Of a stretch of DNA of 64,000 bases, positions 48,671 to 59,569 are shown one piece after another. The position numbers and the translations under genes were made by a program. A model generated the notes under the pieces. That model made no database searches. It worked only from the letters and a program-made list of their open reading frames with translations, and was not told the origin of the DNA. The DNA is from Gammaproteobacteria bacterium (GTDB lineage: Bacteria; Pseudomonadota; Gammaproteobacteria; DSM-19610): positions 14,437 to 78,436 of the forward strand of contig DRNU01000186.1 of assembly GCA_011374975.1 (NCBI GenBank), in the 5' to 3' direction. The stretch's first letter is position 1; every line of letters starts with the position of its first letter.

Positions 48671-49783
48671 TTATTTACCTTCCACGTACTCGACCACTTC
48701 CAGGCCGAAACCGGACAGGCCGTGCACCACCTTGGGCGCGCTCAGCACGCGCATGCGGCGCACGCCGAGGTCGGTGAGGATCTGCGCGCCGATACCGTGG
48801 GTACGCAGCTCGTGCTGCTCCTCGCGGGTGACCGGTTCGCCGCTCTTTTCGTGTTCGTTGTAAAACTGGATGCGCTGCACCAGGTCGCGCGGCGTCTCGT
48901 GCTGGCCCAGCACCACGACAACACCCGAACCGTTGCCGGCGATACGCCGCATGGCGTCGCGCAGCGGCCAGCCGGCATCTTTCATCTGCGCGCCGAACAG
49001 GTCGCCCAGCGCATTCTGTACATGCACCCGCACCAGCGTCGGCTGCTCGGCATCGATCTCGCCCATGACCAGCGCCAGGTGCAGGCCCTTGTTGACGATG
49101 TCCTGGTAGGCATACAGGCGGAACTCGCCACACTCGGTGGGCAGGTCACATTCCGCAACCCGTTCCACGCTCTTCTCATTGGCGATGCGATAATGGATCA
49201 GGTCGGCGATGGTGCCGACTTTCAGGTTGTGTTCGGTAGCGAACTTCTCAAGATCCGGACGCCGCGCCATGCTGCCGTCCTCGTTGAGGATCTCCACGAT
49301 CACCGCTGCCGGTTCCAGGCCGGCGAGACGCGCCAGGTCGCAACCGGCCTCGGTGTGGCCGGCGCGCGTCAGCACGCCACCGGGCTGCGCCATCAGCGGG
49401 AAGATATGCCCCGGCTGCACCAGGTCCTGGGGTTTCGCATCCGGTCTGACGGCCGCCTCGACGGTGCAGGCACGGTCGTAGGCCGAAATGCCGGTGGTGA
49501 CACCCTCGGCAGCCTCGATGGAGACGGTAAAGTTGGTCGAGTGCTGGTCCTGGTTGTCGTTCACCATCAGCGGCAGCGACAGCTGCCGGCAACGCTCGGG
49601 GGTCAAGGTCAGGCAAATCAGGCCGCGCCCGTGGGTGGCCATGAAATTGATGTCTTCCGGCCGCACCCGCGCGGCGGCCATGATCAGGTCGCCCTCGTTC
49701 TCGCGGTCTTCATCGTCCATGATGACGACCATCTTGCCGTTGCGAAAATCCTCGATAATCTCTTCGATACTGTTCAGTTGCAT
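48671..49783 (-). CDS. ribB: DHBP synthase with degenerate GTP cyclohydrolase II domain (RibBX-type)
   Basis: [28 protein letters not shown]; C-domain [10 protein letters not shown] lacks the Zn-binding Cys residues. Confidence 0.93.
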   Translation of the reverse strand: MQLNSIEEIIEDFRNGKMVVIMDDEDRENEGDLIMAAARVRPEDINFMATHGRGLICLTLTPERCRQLSLPLMVNDNQDQHSTNFTVSIEAAEGVTTGISAYDRACTVEAAVRPDAKPQDLVQPGHIFPLMAQPGGVLTRAGHTEAGCDLARLAGLEPAAVIVEILNEDGSMARRPDLEKFATEHNLKVGTIADLIHYRIANEKSVERVAECDLPTECGEFRLYAYQDIVNKGLHLALVMGEIDAEQPTLVRVHVQNALGDLFGAQMKDAGWPLRDAMRRIAGNGSGVVVVLGQHETPRDLVQRIQFYNEHEKSGEPVTREEQHELRTHGIGAQILTDLGVRRMRVLSAPKVVHGLSGFGLEVVEYVEGK

Positions 49784-49790
49784 AATCCCG

Positions 49791-50453
49791 TCAATCCGCG
49801 CCGCCGGCAAAGCCGGTGCGCCGTAATAAATCCATATTGATCGCCCCGTCCGTGGCGGTGTCCGCCCCGAGCAGCAAACGTTCCAGGTAGCGGGCGATTA
49901 TATCCACTTCCAGGTTAAAGGTACGCCCGGGCTGAAATTCTCCCATGGTGGTCTCGACCAGGGTGTGCGGCACGATGTTCAGCTCGAAATCCGCGCCGTC
50001 GACGGCGTTGACCGTGAGGCTGATGCCGTCCACGCAAACCGAGCCCTTGGCGGCAATATAACGCGCCAGCGCCTCCGGCGCGCGCATGCGGAAGCGTACC
50101 GAGCGGCCGTCGTCGCGGCGCGAGACCACTTCCGCGATACCGTCGACGTGCCCGCTCACCAGGTGCCCGCCCAGCGGGGTGACCGGGGTGAGCGCCTTTT
50201 CCAGGTTCACGCGGTCACCCACGCCGAGCCCGCCGATGCCGGTGCAGGCCAGGGTTTCCGCCGACACGTCGGCCCAGAACCCGTCGCCGGGCAGTTCCAC
50301 CGCGGTCAGGCACACGCCGCTGGTGGCAATGCTGTCGCCGATAGCGACATTGGACAGGTCCAGCTTGCCGGTGCGGATGCGCAGGCGCAGATCACCGCCT
50401 TTTGGCTGGAGGGCGGCGACTTCGCCTATGGCTTGTATGATTCCAGTAAACAT
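49791..50453 (-). CDS. ribE: Riboflavin synthase (alpha chain)
   Basis: MFTGII, GDSIA..GVCLT, GGHLVSGHVD, KGSV.VDGISLTVN. Confidence 0.96.
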   Translation of the reverse strand: MFTGIIQAIGEVAALQPKGGDLRLRIRTGKLDLSNVAIGDSIATSGVCLTAVELPGDGFWADVSAETLACTGIGGLGVGDRVNLEKALTPVTPLGGHLVSGHVDGIAEVVSRRDDGRSVRFRMRAPEALARYIAAKGSVCVDGISLTVNAVDGADFELNIVPHTLVETTMGEFQPGRTFNLEVDIIARYLERLLLGADTATDGAINMDLLRRTGFAGGAD

Positions 50454-50480
50454 TGTGCTTCTACCTGTCGACAGGCGCCT

Positions 50481-50502
50481 CGTCATTCCGGCGCAGGCCG
50501 GA
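50481..50502 (+). repeat. Solo copy of the REP-like palindrome
   Basis: CGTCATTCCGGCGCAGGCCGGA in the ribD-ribE spacer. Confidence 0.7.
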
Positions 50503-50522
50503 TCGGCCAGAGTCCACCTGAT

Positions 50523-51659
50523 TCATTCTGTTGCAGCTGGCCGGGCGGTGATGCGCAGCGTATCACCCACCTGCCGCACATCCTGCCATTCCAGCGCAAT
50601 ACGATCCTGCATCCGCTCCAGGCCCGGCAGGTGGAACAGGCCACGGGCCGAATCCCCCATCAGGTGTGGGGCCATGTACAACACCAGTTCATCCACCAGG
50701 CCGGCACGCATAAAGGCGCCGGCCAGTGTGGGGCCGCATTCCAGCAGCACCTCGTTGATGTCGCGCTGCGCCAGCAGGCGCAGCACGGCATCCGGCTGCG
50801 GGCGTCCCTGTTCCAGCTCGACGGCCGCGACTTCCGCACCCGCCTGCTGTAAATCCTGCCAGCGGCTGCTGTCGGTCACACCGGTCAGCAACAGGGTCTC
50901 GCCCGGCAGCGTGAGCATGCGGGCCTGCGCCGACATGCGCAAGCGGCTGTCCAGCACCACGCGCAGCGGCTGGCGTACCGGCGTCTCGCCGTTCAGCTGG
51001 TCCGCAGTCAGGCGCACGTTCATGGACGGGTCGTCGGCCAGCACGGTGCCGATGCCGGTCACAATTGCCGAGCTGCGCGCGCGCAGGCGCTGCACATCCC
51101 GGCGCGCGGCATCGCCGCTGATCCATTTGCTCTCGCCGGACGCCATGGCGGTACGGCCGTCCAGGCTGGCGGCCAGCTTGAGCCGCAGCCATGGCCGGCC
51201 ACGCTGCATGCGTGCAATAAAACCGGGGTTCAGCGCACGCGCCTGGGGCTCCAGCAGGCCACTCTCGACCTCGATACCGGCAGCGTGCAGGCGCGCCAGA
51301 CCCTGCCCGGCGACCAGCGGGTTGGGATCCTGCATGGCAACCACCACGCGCCGCACGCCGGCCTCGACCAGCGCATCGGCACAGGGCGGGGTACGCCCCT
51401 GGTGACTGCACGGTTCCAGGCTGACATACACATCGGCGCCGCGCGCCTTGTCACCTGCCTCGCGCAGTGCAAACACCTCGGCATGCGGGCCACCGGCACG
51501 GCGGTGCCAGCCACGTCCGACAACCTCGCCGTCACGCACGACCACACAGCCGACATTGGGGTTCGGGTGGGTGCTGTACACACCCCGCGCCGCCAGCCGG
51601 ATGGCCTCGGCCATGCAGGCGTGGTCGTTCATCGAGTCAGGATTCGGATGACTTGTCAT
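50523..51659 (-). CDS. ribD: Bifunctional riboflavin deaminase/reductase
   Basis: PNPNVGC, HAE, LEPCSH.GRTPPC, SLDGRTA, GESKWI. Confidence 0.96.
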   Translation of the reverse strand: MTSHPNPDSMNDHACMAEAIRLAARGVYSTHPNPNVGCVVVRDGEVVGRGWHRRAGGPHAEVFALREAGDKARGADVYVSLEPCSHQGRTPPCADALVEAGVRRVVVAMQDPNPLVAGQGLARLHAAGIEVESGLLEPQARALNPGFIARMQRGRPWLRLKLAASLDGRTAMASGESKWISGDAARRDVQRLRARSSAIVTGIGTVLADDPSMNVRLTADQLNGETPVRQPLRVVLDSRLRMSAQARMLTLPGETLLLTGVTDSSRWQDLQQAGAEVAAVELEQGRPQPDAVLRLLAQRDINEVLLECGPTLAGAFMRAGLVDELVLYMAPHLMGDSARGLFHLPGLERMQDRIALEWQDVRQVGDTLRITARPAATE

Positions 51660-52158
51660 CCTCGTCCGGCAGCAACGGCATCTGGTCGCGCTTTTCCTCC
51701 GGCGTCGGTCCCTGTTCGAGACGTTCGATCTCGTCGCGAAATTCGCTCACGTCCTGGAAACTGCGGTACACCGAGGCGAAACGCACATAGGCCACCTGAT
51801 CGAGGCTGCGCAGCTCCTCCATCACCCATTCGCCCAGCTGGCGCGACTCGATCTCGCGTTCGCCGCAGGACTGCAGGCGATGCTGGATATGGCTGATGGC
51901 GGCATCCACGCTGTCGGTGTCCACCGGACGTTTCTCCAGCGCGCGCAGCACGCCGGTCAGCAGCTTGTCTTCGTTGAAAGGTTCGCGTGTGCCGTCGCTC
52001 TTGACGATGCGCGGCATCACCAGCTCGGCGGCCTCATAGGTGGTGAAGCGGTCGCCGCAGGCCACGCATTCGCGACGCCGGCGTACCTGCATGCCTTCAC
52101 TCGCCAGGCGTGAATCGATCACCTTGGTGTCCATATTGCCGCAGAACGGGCAGCGCAT
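51637..52158 (-). CDS. nrdR: Transcriptional repressor NrdR
   Basis: [37 protein letters not shown]. Confidence 0.97.
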   Translation of the reverse strand: MRCPFCGNMDTKVIDSRLASEGMQVRRRRECVACGDRFTTYEAAELVMPRIVKSDGTREPFNEDKLLTGVLRALEKRPVDTDSVDAAISHIQHRLQSCGEREIESRQLGEWVMEELRSLDQVAYVRFASVYRSFQDVSEFRDEIERLEQGPTPEEKRDQMPLLPDEDDKSSES

Positions 52159-52187
52159 ATGCGGTCAGTCTCCGTCCGGGGACGGCC

Positions 52188-53441
52188 TCAGCCGTAGACC
52201 GGGAAACGTTTGCAGAGCTCCAGCGCCTTCGCCCTGACCTGGTCGATGGTCGCTGTGTTTTCCACGTCGTCCATGATATCGCACATCCAGCCGGCCAGTT
52301 CGCGCACCTCGGCCTCGTCGAAACCGCGCGTGGTCACCGCCGGCGTACCGACCCGGATACCGCTGGTCACGAACGGCGACTGCGGGTCATTCGGCACGGC
52401 ATTCTTGTTGACGGTGATATTGGCGTTACCCAGCGCGGCATCGGCCTGCTTGCCGGTAATGCCCTTGTCGATCAGGTCGACCAGGAACAGGTGGTCGTCG
52501 GTACCACCGGACACCACCTTGTAACCGCGCTCCAGGAACACCTGCGCCATGGCGCGGGCATTGGCCAGCACCCGGCCCTGGTAGTCCTTGAACTCCGGCT
52601 GCAGGGCTTCCTTAAAGGCGACAGCCTTGGCCGCAATCACGTGCATCAGCGGACCACCCTGGATGCCGGGGAACACCAGCGAGTTGAGTTTCTTTTCAAT
52701 ATCCGGGTTGGCTTTGGCGAGAATCAGGCCGCCGCGCGGGCCACGCAGGGTTTTATGCGTGGTGGTGGTGGTCACATCGGCAATCGCCACCGGGCTGGGG
52801 TAATGGCCGGTGGCCACCAGGCCGGCGACGTGCGCCATATCGACGAACAGGAAGGCACCGACCGAATCGGCGATCTTGCGGCAGCGTTCCCAGTCCACCA
52901 CCCGCGAATAGGCGGAGAAACCGGCCACCACGACCTTCGGCTTGTGCTCCTGCGCCAGCGCTTCCATCTGTTCATAATCGATCTCGCCGGTGTCGGCGTT
53001 CAGGCCGTACTGCACGGCATGGAACACCTTGCCGGAGAAATTCACCTTCGAGCCGTGCGTCAGGTGCCCGCCGTCGGCGAGACTCATGCCCAGGATAGTG
53101 TCGCCGGGTGCGCACAGCGCGAGATACACCGCGGCATTGGCCTGCGAGCCGGAGTGCGGCTGCACGTTGGCGTAGTCGGCATCGAACAGCTGTTTGGCGC
53201 GATCGATGGCCAGCTGTTCGGCCACGTCGACATATTCGCAGCCGCCATAGTAGCGTTTGCCCGGGTAGCCTTCGGCATATTTGTTTGTTAAAACAGAGCC
53301 TTGCGCCTCCATCACACGGGGGCTGGCATAGTTTTCCGAGGCGATCAGTTCGATGTGCTGTTCCTGGCGCTGCTCCTCGGCGGAGATGGCGGCGGCGAGT
53401 TCATCGTCGAACCCGGCGATGGTCATGTCTTTGCTGAACAT
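52188..53441 (-). CDS. glyA: Serine hydroxymethyltransferase
   Basis: [44 protein letters not shown]. Confidence 0.98.
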   Translation of the reverse strand: MFSKDMTIAGFDDELAAAISAEEQRQEQHIELIASENYASPRVMEAQGSVLTNKYAEGYPGKRYYGGCEYVDVAEQLAIDRAKQLFDADYANVQPHSGSQANAAVYLALCAPGDTILGMSLADGGHLTHGSKVNFSGKVFHAVQYGLNADTGEIDYEQMEALAQEHKPKVVVAGFSAYSRVVDWERCRKIADSVGAFLFVDMAHVAGLVATGHYPSPVAIADVTTTTTHKTLRGPRGGLILAKANPDIEKKLNSLVFPGIQGGPLMHVIAAKAVAFKEALQPEFKDYQGRVLANARAMAQVFLERGYKVVSGGTDDHLFLVDLIDKGITGKQADAALGNANITVNKNAVPNDPQSPFVTSGIRVGTPAVTTRGFDEAEVRELAGWMCDIMDDVENTATIDQVRAKALELCKRFPVYG

Positions 53442-53487
53442 TGGTTTTCCCGGCAAGGCTTGAAAAGAGCGGGGAATGATACTGGAA

Positions 53488-54444
53488 TTAACGGCTTTCG
53501 CCCAGTAAGGCCTCGACCACCGCGGTCCAGGCACGGGCCAGATTATCCCGGTTATAACCGCCGCCGCCCAGCGCCAGCAGCTTTCCCCCGCAATGGCGCT
53601 CAGCCAGTCCTTGCAGGCGGCCTGCAGCATGCCGGTGCGCGGCTGCACTGTATTCAAGATGAGTGATCGGGTCACCGGCCAGACTGTCGGCACCGCACTG
53701 GAACAGGATGAACTCCGGTTCGGCACGGTCAATGAAGCGTTCGGCCACGTCCCAGGCTTTGAAGAACTCCGCATCACCGGCACCGGGCGGCATGGGGATA
53801 TTGAGCTTGGTACCGGCCGCCGCCCCGCGGCCGGCTTCCTTCACTGCGCCCGTGCCCGGGTAGAGGTAGCGGCCGTCTTCATGCAGGTCGACAAAAATCA
53901 GCTCAGGATCATCTTCAAACGCGTAGAACACCCCGTCGCCGTGGTGTGCATCGATATCGACATAGGCAATACGCCGGATACCGTACTGCCGGCGCAGGGT
54001 TTCGATCGCGATACCACAGTCATTGAATACGCAGAAACCGGCCGCACCGTCACGCCGCGCATGGTGCAGGCCGGCGATGGGTGTGAAGGCGTGCCGGCAA
54101 CGCGCGTTGACCACATCGTCCAGCGCCGCCAGCGTGGTTCCCACCACCGTGGCGGCGGCCTCGTAGACACCCGGGAAGGCCGGGGTATCGCAGACATCGA
54201 GGTAACCCTCGCCGGTCTGCGACTGGTGCCTGACCCGCGCCAGGTAGTCCCGGGTCTGGAAACGCAGGATCTGCTCGTCCGTTGCCTGTACCGGCTCACA
54301 GACCTGCACCCGCCGGTCCAGCCCCAGTTCCTGCATGCGGGACCAGAAGGCGTGCAGACGGTCCGGGCCGAACGGGTGCCCCTCGCCAAAGCCGTAGGCT
54401 GCGAGCGCTTCACCGACATAGACCGCAACCGGGCTGGACGACAT
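53488..54444 (-). CDS. AcuC/histone-deacetylase-family protein
   Basis: [41 protein letters not shown]; RBS GGAGG. Confidence 0.92.
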   Translation of the reverse strand: MSSSPVAVYVGEALAAYGFGEGHPFGPDRLHAFWSRMQELGLDRRVQVCEPVQATDEQILRFQTRDYLARVRHQSQTGEGYLDVCDTPAFPGVYEAAATVVGTTLAALDDVVNARCRHAFTPIAGLHHARRDGAAGFCVFNDCGIAIETLRRQYGIRRIAYVDIDAHHGDGVFYAFEDDPELIFVDLHEDGRYLYPGTGAVKEAGRGAAAGTKLNIPMPPGAGDAEFFKAWDVAERFIDRAEPEFILFQCGADSLAGDPITHLEYSAAAHRHAAGRLQGLAERHCGGKLLALGGGGYNRDNLARAWTAVVEALLGESR

Positions 54445-54508
54445 GCTGCCTCCTGGAAATAAACTCACCCGCAGGCATTCAACCTGCGACGATTAAAACA
54501 TACCCGGA

Positions 54509-55363
54509 TCAACCGGGCTTGCGGTACACAGCCGGGCCAACCGGCTCGAAACGGCCGGCCGGGTCATACATGACTTCCGAGCGCCCGAGAAACAGGTAGC
54601 CGCCGTCACACAGACAGTCGGCAAAGCGTTCAAGCAGCCGCTGTCGTGTCGGCCTGTCGAAATAGATCACCACGTTGCGGCAGAAAATCAGTTCAAAAGG
54701 ACCTTGCACCGGCCAGTCATGCATCAGGTTGAGCTGCCTGAAGGTGACCGTTTTCCGCAACTCATGCTTCACCTCGACCGTCCCGCCCCCGCTGCCCGGC
54801 AGCGGGCGGAACCATTTCCTGCTGCGTTGCGCGGACAGGCCGGCGATACGTTCGCGCGCATAGCGCCCCTGCCTGGCACTTGCGATCACACTGGAATCCA
54901 GGTCCGTGGCAAGAATTTCCGGCGCCAACCCGGCTGCCGAGGCCAGCACCTCCTGCGCAACCATGGCAATCGAATAAGGCTCTTCGCCGGTGGAACAACC
55001 CGCCGACCAGATACGGACAGGCCGGTCGGCGGCATGCCGGCGCAGGACTTCGGGCAACAGGCGCCCGGCAAGAAAATCGAAATGGTGCGGCTCGCGAAAG
55101 AACGCGGTCAGGTTGGTGGTGAGCGCATTGATGAAATGCACCCGTTCCTCCGCGCCGCGCGGCGAGTTCACCAGCACCATGTAATCGGAAAATGCCGTCA
55201 TCCGCAATGCGCGCAGGCGGCGTGCCAGGCGGGCATATACCAGGTCACGTTTGTCAGCGTCCAGGGTAATACCGGCCGTCGCGTGCAGCGTGGTGCGCAC
55301 CGCCTCGAAATCGTGCCCGGTGAAGCTGAGATCAGCGTCCAATTGTCTTGCCTGCCCTGACAT
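54509..55363 (-). CDS. cheR: Chemotaxis methyltransferase CheR (orphan)
   Basis: TTNLTAFFREPHHF, RIWSAGCSTGEEPYSIA, ATDLD, IFCRNVVIYF; start approximate. Confidence 0.92.
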   Translation of the reverse strand: MSGQARQLDADLSFTGHDFEAVRTTLHATAGITLDADKRDLVYARLARRLRALRMTAFSDYMVLVNSPRGAEERVHFINALTTNLTAFFREPHHFDFLAGRLLPEVLRRHAADRPVRIWSAGCSTGEEPYSIAMVAQEVLASAAGLAPEILATDLDSSVIASARQGRYARERIAGLSAQRSRKWFRPLPGSGGGTVEVKHELRKTVTFRQLNLMHDWPVQGPFELIFCRNVVIYFDRPTRQRLLERFADCLCDGGYLFLGRSEVMYDPAGRFEPVGPAVYRKPG

Positions 55364-55417
55364 CCTGTACACACCGTATCGACTTTTCAGGAAAATCCTG
55401 ATGAATTCGTCTTGCTC

Positions 55418-55441
55418 CATTCCGGCGCAGGCCAGGATCCA
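55418..55441 (+). repeat. Degenerate solo copy of the REP-like palindrome
   Basis: CATTCCGGCGCAGGCCAGGATCCA in the cheR-ettA spacer. Confidence 0.6.
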
Positions 55442-55549
55442 CTGAAACCAGCGCACCGGATTTGGCATGAATATGCCGGAACACTGACCGCATGTCTGCT
55501 TCTGTCTGTATAATCACCCTACTTTTTTCATACCAGGCAGAGAGGGGTT

Positions 55550-57214
55550 ATGGCCCAGTACGTCTATACTATGAACCAGGTCGGCAAGGTGGTGCCACCC
55601 AAGCGCGAGATCCTGCGCGATATATCCCTGTCATTTTTCCCCGGTGCCAAGATCGGCGTGCTGGGGCTGAACGGTTCGGGCAAATCGACCCTGCTGCGCA
55701 TCATGGCCGGCATCGATACCGACATCCACGGTGAGGCGCGACCGCAGAAAGGCATCAAGGTCGGTTACCTGCCGCAGGAACCGGAACTGGACGAGAGCAA
55801 GGACGTGCGCGGCAACGTCGAAGGTGCCTTATCCGAACTCAGCGACGCACAGGCGCGCCTGGACGAGGTCTACGCCGCCTACGCCGAACCGGATGCCGAT
55901 TTCGACGCCCTGGCCGCCGAACAGGCCAAGCTGGAGAACCTGCTGCAGGCCAGCGACGGTCACAACCTGGAACGCACTCTGGAAATCGCCGCCGACGCCT
56001 TGCGCCTGCCGCCCTGGGATGCCGACGTGAGCAAACTGTCCGGCGGTGAAAAACGCCGCGTGGCGCTGTGCAAGTTGCTGCTGTCCAAGCCCGACATGCT
56101 GCTGCTGGACGAACCCACCAACCATCTTGATGCGGAAAGCGTCGCCTGGCTGGAACGCTTCCTTCATGAATACCCCGGTACTGTGGTCGCCGTCACCCAT
56201 GACCGCTACTTCCTCGACAACGTTGCCGGCTGGATCCTGGAACTGGACCGCGGCCACGGCATTCCCTGGGAAGGCAACTACTCGAGCTGGCTGGAGCAAA
56301 AAGAAGCCCGCCTGGAACAGGAAGAGAAAACCGAGAGCGCCCGCCAGAAAGCCATGAAGGCGGAACTGGAATGGGTGCGCAGCAACCCCAAGGGCCGCCA
56401 TGCCAAGAGCAAGGCGCGTCTGGCACGCTTCGAGGAACTGGCTTCGCAGGAATCACAGAAGCGCAACGAGACCAAGGCGCTGTATATCCCGCCCGGTCCG
56501 CGCCTCGGCGAACTGGTGATCGAGGCCAAAGACATCAGCAAGGGCTTCGGCGACCGGCTATTGATCGACAAGCTGAATTTCCGCCTGCCGCAGGGCGGCA
56601 TCGTCGGCATCATCGGGCCGAACGGCGCGGGCAAGACCACCCTGTTCCGCATGCTCACCGGCAGCGAGCCTGTCGACAGCGGCGAACTGCGCATCGGCGA
56701 AACCGTGCAGATTGCCTGCGTCGACCAGAGCCGCGACGCGCTGGACGGCAACAAGACGGTGTGGGAAGAAATCTCCGACGGCCAGGACATCATTGCCATC
56801 GGCAAGTACGAGGTCAATTCACGCGCCTATGTCTCGCGCTTCAACTTCAACGGCACCGAACAGCAGAAACGTGTCGGCGACCTGTCCGGCGGCGAGCGTA
56901 ACCGCGTGCACCTGGCGAAACTGCTCAGGAGCGGCGGCAACCTGCTACTGCTCGACGAACCAACCAACGACCTCGACGTGGAAACCCTGCGCGCGCTGGA
57001 AGAAGCCCTGCTCGACTTCCCCGGCTGCGCGGTGGTCATCTCGCATGACCGCTGGTTCCTGGATCGCATCGCGACACACATCCTGGCCTTTGAGGGTGAC
57101 AGTGAAGTGGTCTGGTTCGAGGGCAACTACGCGGACTACGAGGCGGACCGTAAACGGCGCCTGGGGGAAGACGCCAACCAGCCGCACCGGATCAAGTACA
57201 AACGACTGCACTAG
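55550..57214 (+). CDS. ettA: Energy-dependent translational throttle ABC-F protein
   Basis: [17 protein letters not shown], two ABC cassettes, C-terminal PHRIKYK. Confidence 0.96.
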   Translation: MAQYVYTMNQVGKVVPPKREILRDISLSFFPGAKIGVLGLNGSGKSTLLRIMAGIDTDIHGEARPQKGIKVGYLPQEPELDESKDVRGNVEGALSELSDAQARLDEVYAAYAEPDADFDALAAEQAKLENLLQASDGHNLERTLEIAADALRLPPWDADVSKLSGGEKRRVALCKLLLSKPDMLLLDEPTNHLDAESVAWLERFLHEYPGTVVAVTHDRYFLDNVAGWILELDRGHGIPWEGNYSSWLEQKEARLEQEEKTESARQKAMKAELEWVRSNPKGRHAKSKARLARFEELASQESQKRNETKALYIPPGPRLGELVIEAKDISKGFGDRLLIDKLNFRLPQGGIVGIIGPNGAGKTTLFRMLTGSEPVDSGELRIGETVQIACVDQSRDALDGNKTVWEEISDGQDIIAIGKYEVNSRAYVSRFNFNGTEQQKRVGDLSGGERNRVHLAKLLRSGGNLLLLDEPTNDLDVETLRALEEALLDFPGCAVVISHDRWFLDRIATHILAFEGDSEVVWFEGNYADYEADRKRRLGEDANQPHRIKYKRLH

Positions 57215-57243
57215 GCAGTCCTGCGCCAGGGACGGCCGGACTG

Positions 57244-57873
57244 TCAGTGCAGTGCGCGTCCGCAGCCGCGCAGCGTCCTGCCTTGCCAGGTGACGCGCAC
57301 TTCGGTCTCGAACAGTTCACCGCTCATGGAATCACGACACGGGCGGCCCGTCACTTCAAGGACCAGTTCACCGGCATCCCAGCGGGTGGTGCGCGTTGCA
57401 GTATCCGTGATCGGCTCCGGCAACGGCAGTTCGACGCGGGATGCTCCGTAGTCGGCCACCAGCACGATACGGCTCTGTTCCCGGATCTCCAGGTGCCATC
57501 CCGGCTCGTTACCGACCGCGCGGAAATCCGCGCCGTCGAGTTTGGCCTTTTCCCAGATGGCACTGCGCCGGTCATTGCGACACAACACGGGGTCAGCACC
57601 GACCGCACCGAGACGGGCTGTCTGACCCTCTATCAGGAGCATGAAACTGCCATCGGAGTAACTGCCCGCCTCGCCCGGCACTGACGGGAGCCTTAGCGTC
57701 CCTCCAGGGCGGAACACCCAGGCCTCGGCTCCGGTAGCGCGTACCGTATTGGTGGTTTGATTTTCACACACGAAGACATAGGTCTGCGTAGCAGCGTTCA
57801 CAGCCTGTGCCGGGCCGGCGGCGAGAGCCGCCCCGGCACAGGCCAGCAGCAGTGTGACAGGCAGGCGCATCAT
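57244..57873 (-). CDS. Exported hypothetical protein with GNEP-W domain
   Basis: Signal peptide; FRAVGNEPGW, C.DSMSG, L.GCG. Confidence 0.75.
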   Translation of the reverse strand: MMRLPVTLLLACAGAALAAGPAQAVNAATQTYVFVCENQTTNTVRATGAEAWVFRPGGTLRLPSVPGEAGSYSDGSFMLLIEGQTARLGAVGADPVLCRNDRRSAIWEKAKLDGADFRAVGNEPGWHLEIREQSRIVLVADYGASRVELPLPEPITDTATRTTRWDAGELVLEVTGRPCRDSMSGELFETEVRVTWQGRTLRGCGRALH

Positions 57874-57904
57874 GCGCGCTATTATACCGCCGGGCGGGCG
57901 AAAT

Positions 57905-58561
57905 TTACCTTACGGAAATACCCTGGAAAGTACCGGCGCCCGACAGGGCTGTGACACGCTGCTTCCGGTTCTCCAGCTGCTTTTCGAGTTCCGGAATCCG
58001 GGCTTTGACGGCCGCGCTCTCTTCCCCGAGGCTGCGCAGCTTGTCCACCAGGACCACGCGACGTTCGACCGGGATATTTTCCGCCACCAGCTCGGCACTG
58101 ACATTCCGCATTTTCACGTCGATTTTGGTCAGACGTTTGCGCTGGGATTTAAGTTGCTGTGAGAGCCGGCTGATTTCTGTTTCCAGTTCGTACAACTTGC
58201 GGCCATCGCGGTAGGCCTGCAGAAAATCCGCTTCCAGCTGGTCAGGGCATACCCCGGCATATTGTTTACCGGAGCGCCCCTGCTGGTAGCCGTTGCCCGG
58301 CTGGCAGAAGCTTGCCAGACCCTCGTCCCGGCCGCTCCGGTACGCCTCCAGATCCGGGGCGACCCCGTACTCTGCACAGGCCTTGCGGTGCGCACCGATA
58401 CGCGCTTCAGCTTTGCCCTGGACGCCGTCTTCATAGCCTATGGTCTTCCAGTTCGCCGTCTGGCACTCATCCTTCGAAAGGCTGGCACACCCGGTAACCA
58501 GAAAGATCACCGTCAGCAGGGCGTGTAACCGGAAATGCGGATCCTGCTTCTTTGCAGTCAT
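57905..58561 (-). CDS. DUF2799-like lipoprotein
   Basis: Lipobox VTGC; C...NW..IG..DG, Y..G...GL..FC, Y.GVCP; coiled-coil tail. Confidence 0.82.
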   Translation of the reverse strand: MTAKKQDPHFRLHALLTVIFLVTGCASLSKDECQTANWKTIGYEDGVQGKAEARIGAHRKACAEYGVAPDLEAYRSGRDEGLASFCQPGNGYQQGRSGKQYAGVCPDQLEADFLQAYRDGRKLYELETEISRLSQQLKSQRKRLTKIDVKMRNVSAELVAENIPVERRVVLVDKLRSLGEESAAVKARIPELEKQLENRKQRVTALSGAGTFQGISVR

Positions 58562-58756
58562 TTTACTACTCCATCAGGACTCAGATACCTGTCGGTATGC
58601 GGGAAAATATCGGCATGATTCCGGGCGACTTAAGCCTCCCGGCCGGCCCGGATTGCCCCGTTTCCGTAGACTTTAGAGAAAAGGCACTTTATTCTTCATC
58701 GTAGTCCAAACACGGGAAGGACGACAACGTGTACTACCGCGCGACCACCGAGACGG

Positions 58757-59569
58757 ATGCAAATTAACGCCATGCGTGCCACGACGCATAACCGGCACGT
58801 CATTACGGTCATCCTTGTCTGCCTGTGCTGCGGCGTCTCTGTCAGCCATGCGGAGACAATCACCATTCGGGCCGACGAATGGTACCCCGTCAACGGCCAG
58901 CCCGACTCGGACCGCCCCGGATATATGATTGAACTGGCCAGCACCATCCTGGCCGGTCATGACTATAGCGTAGACTACCAGACCATGCCCTGGGAACGGG
59001 CCGTGGACTCAGTGCGCAAAGGCAAATATGACTGCGTGGTCGGCGCCTTCCGCGGCGACACACCGGACTTCGTCTTCCCGCGTGAGAACTGGGGCCGGAT
59101 CGCCACCGGGTTCTATACCCGGGCCGGGAACCCCTGGCGCTACACCGGGCTGAACTCCCTGCGTACACAGACCGTCGGCATCATCGGCGGCTATGCCTAT
59201 GGCGATGAGCTGGACAGCTTCATCCTGCAAAACGGCTCCCTGTTTCACGCCATCAAGGGCGAAACAGCGCTGGAAAACAATATCGAAAAACTGCTGGCCG
59301 GCCGGATCTCCGTCATTGCGGAGGCGCCACTGGTCATGAACGCAAAACTGAAAGAACTGGGCCTGCAGGAACAGGTCAGGCCTGCCGGCCGCCTCAACGA
59401 GGGAGAACCTGTTTATATCGCCTGCTCACCGGCAAAACCCCGCAGCAGACAACTGGTCGACTGGTTCGATACCGGGATAAGAGAACTGCGCCGGTCAGGC
59501 ACCCTGGCAAAAATCCTGGCGAAATATGCCATGACCGACTGGAAGGCGCAGACGCCTGCAAATGAATGA
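58757..59569 (+). CDS. Family-3 periplasmic substrate-binding protein
   Basis: Signal peptide; ADEWYP, PGY..E, MPWERA, GYAYG, G.L.KIL.KY; start approximate. Confidence 0.85.
   Translation: MQINAMRATTHNRHVITVILVCLCCGVSVSHAETITIRADEWYPVNGQPDSDRPGYMIELASTILAGHDYSVDYQTMPWERAVDSVRKGKYDCVVGAFRGDTPDFVFPRENWGRIATGFYTRAGNPWRYTGLNSLRTQTVGIIGGYAYGDELDSFILQNGSLFHAIKGETALENNIEKLLAGRISVIAEAPLVMNAKLKELGLQEQVRPAGRLNEGEPVYIACSPAKPRSRQLVDWFDTGIRELRRSGTLAKILAKYAMTDWKAQTPANE

Noticed and set aside
47665-52187. FMN riboswitch for the rib genes, or a functional link between riboflavin genes and NosR/NirI flavinylation
   Set aside because: No RFN-like leader is seen and spacers are short; the operon order is a conserved housekeeping arrangement.
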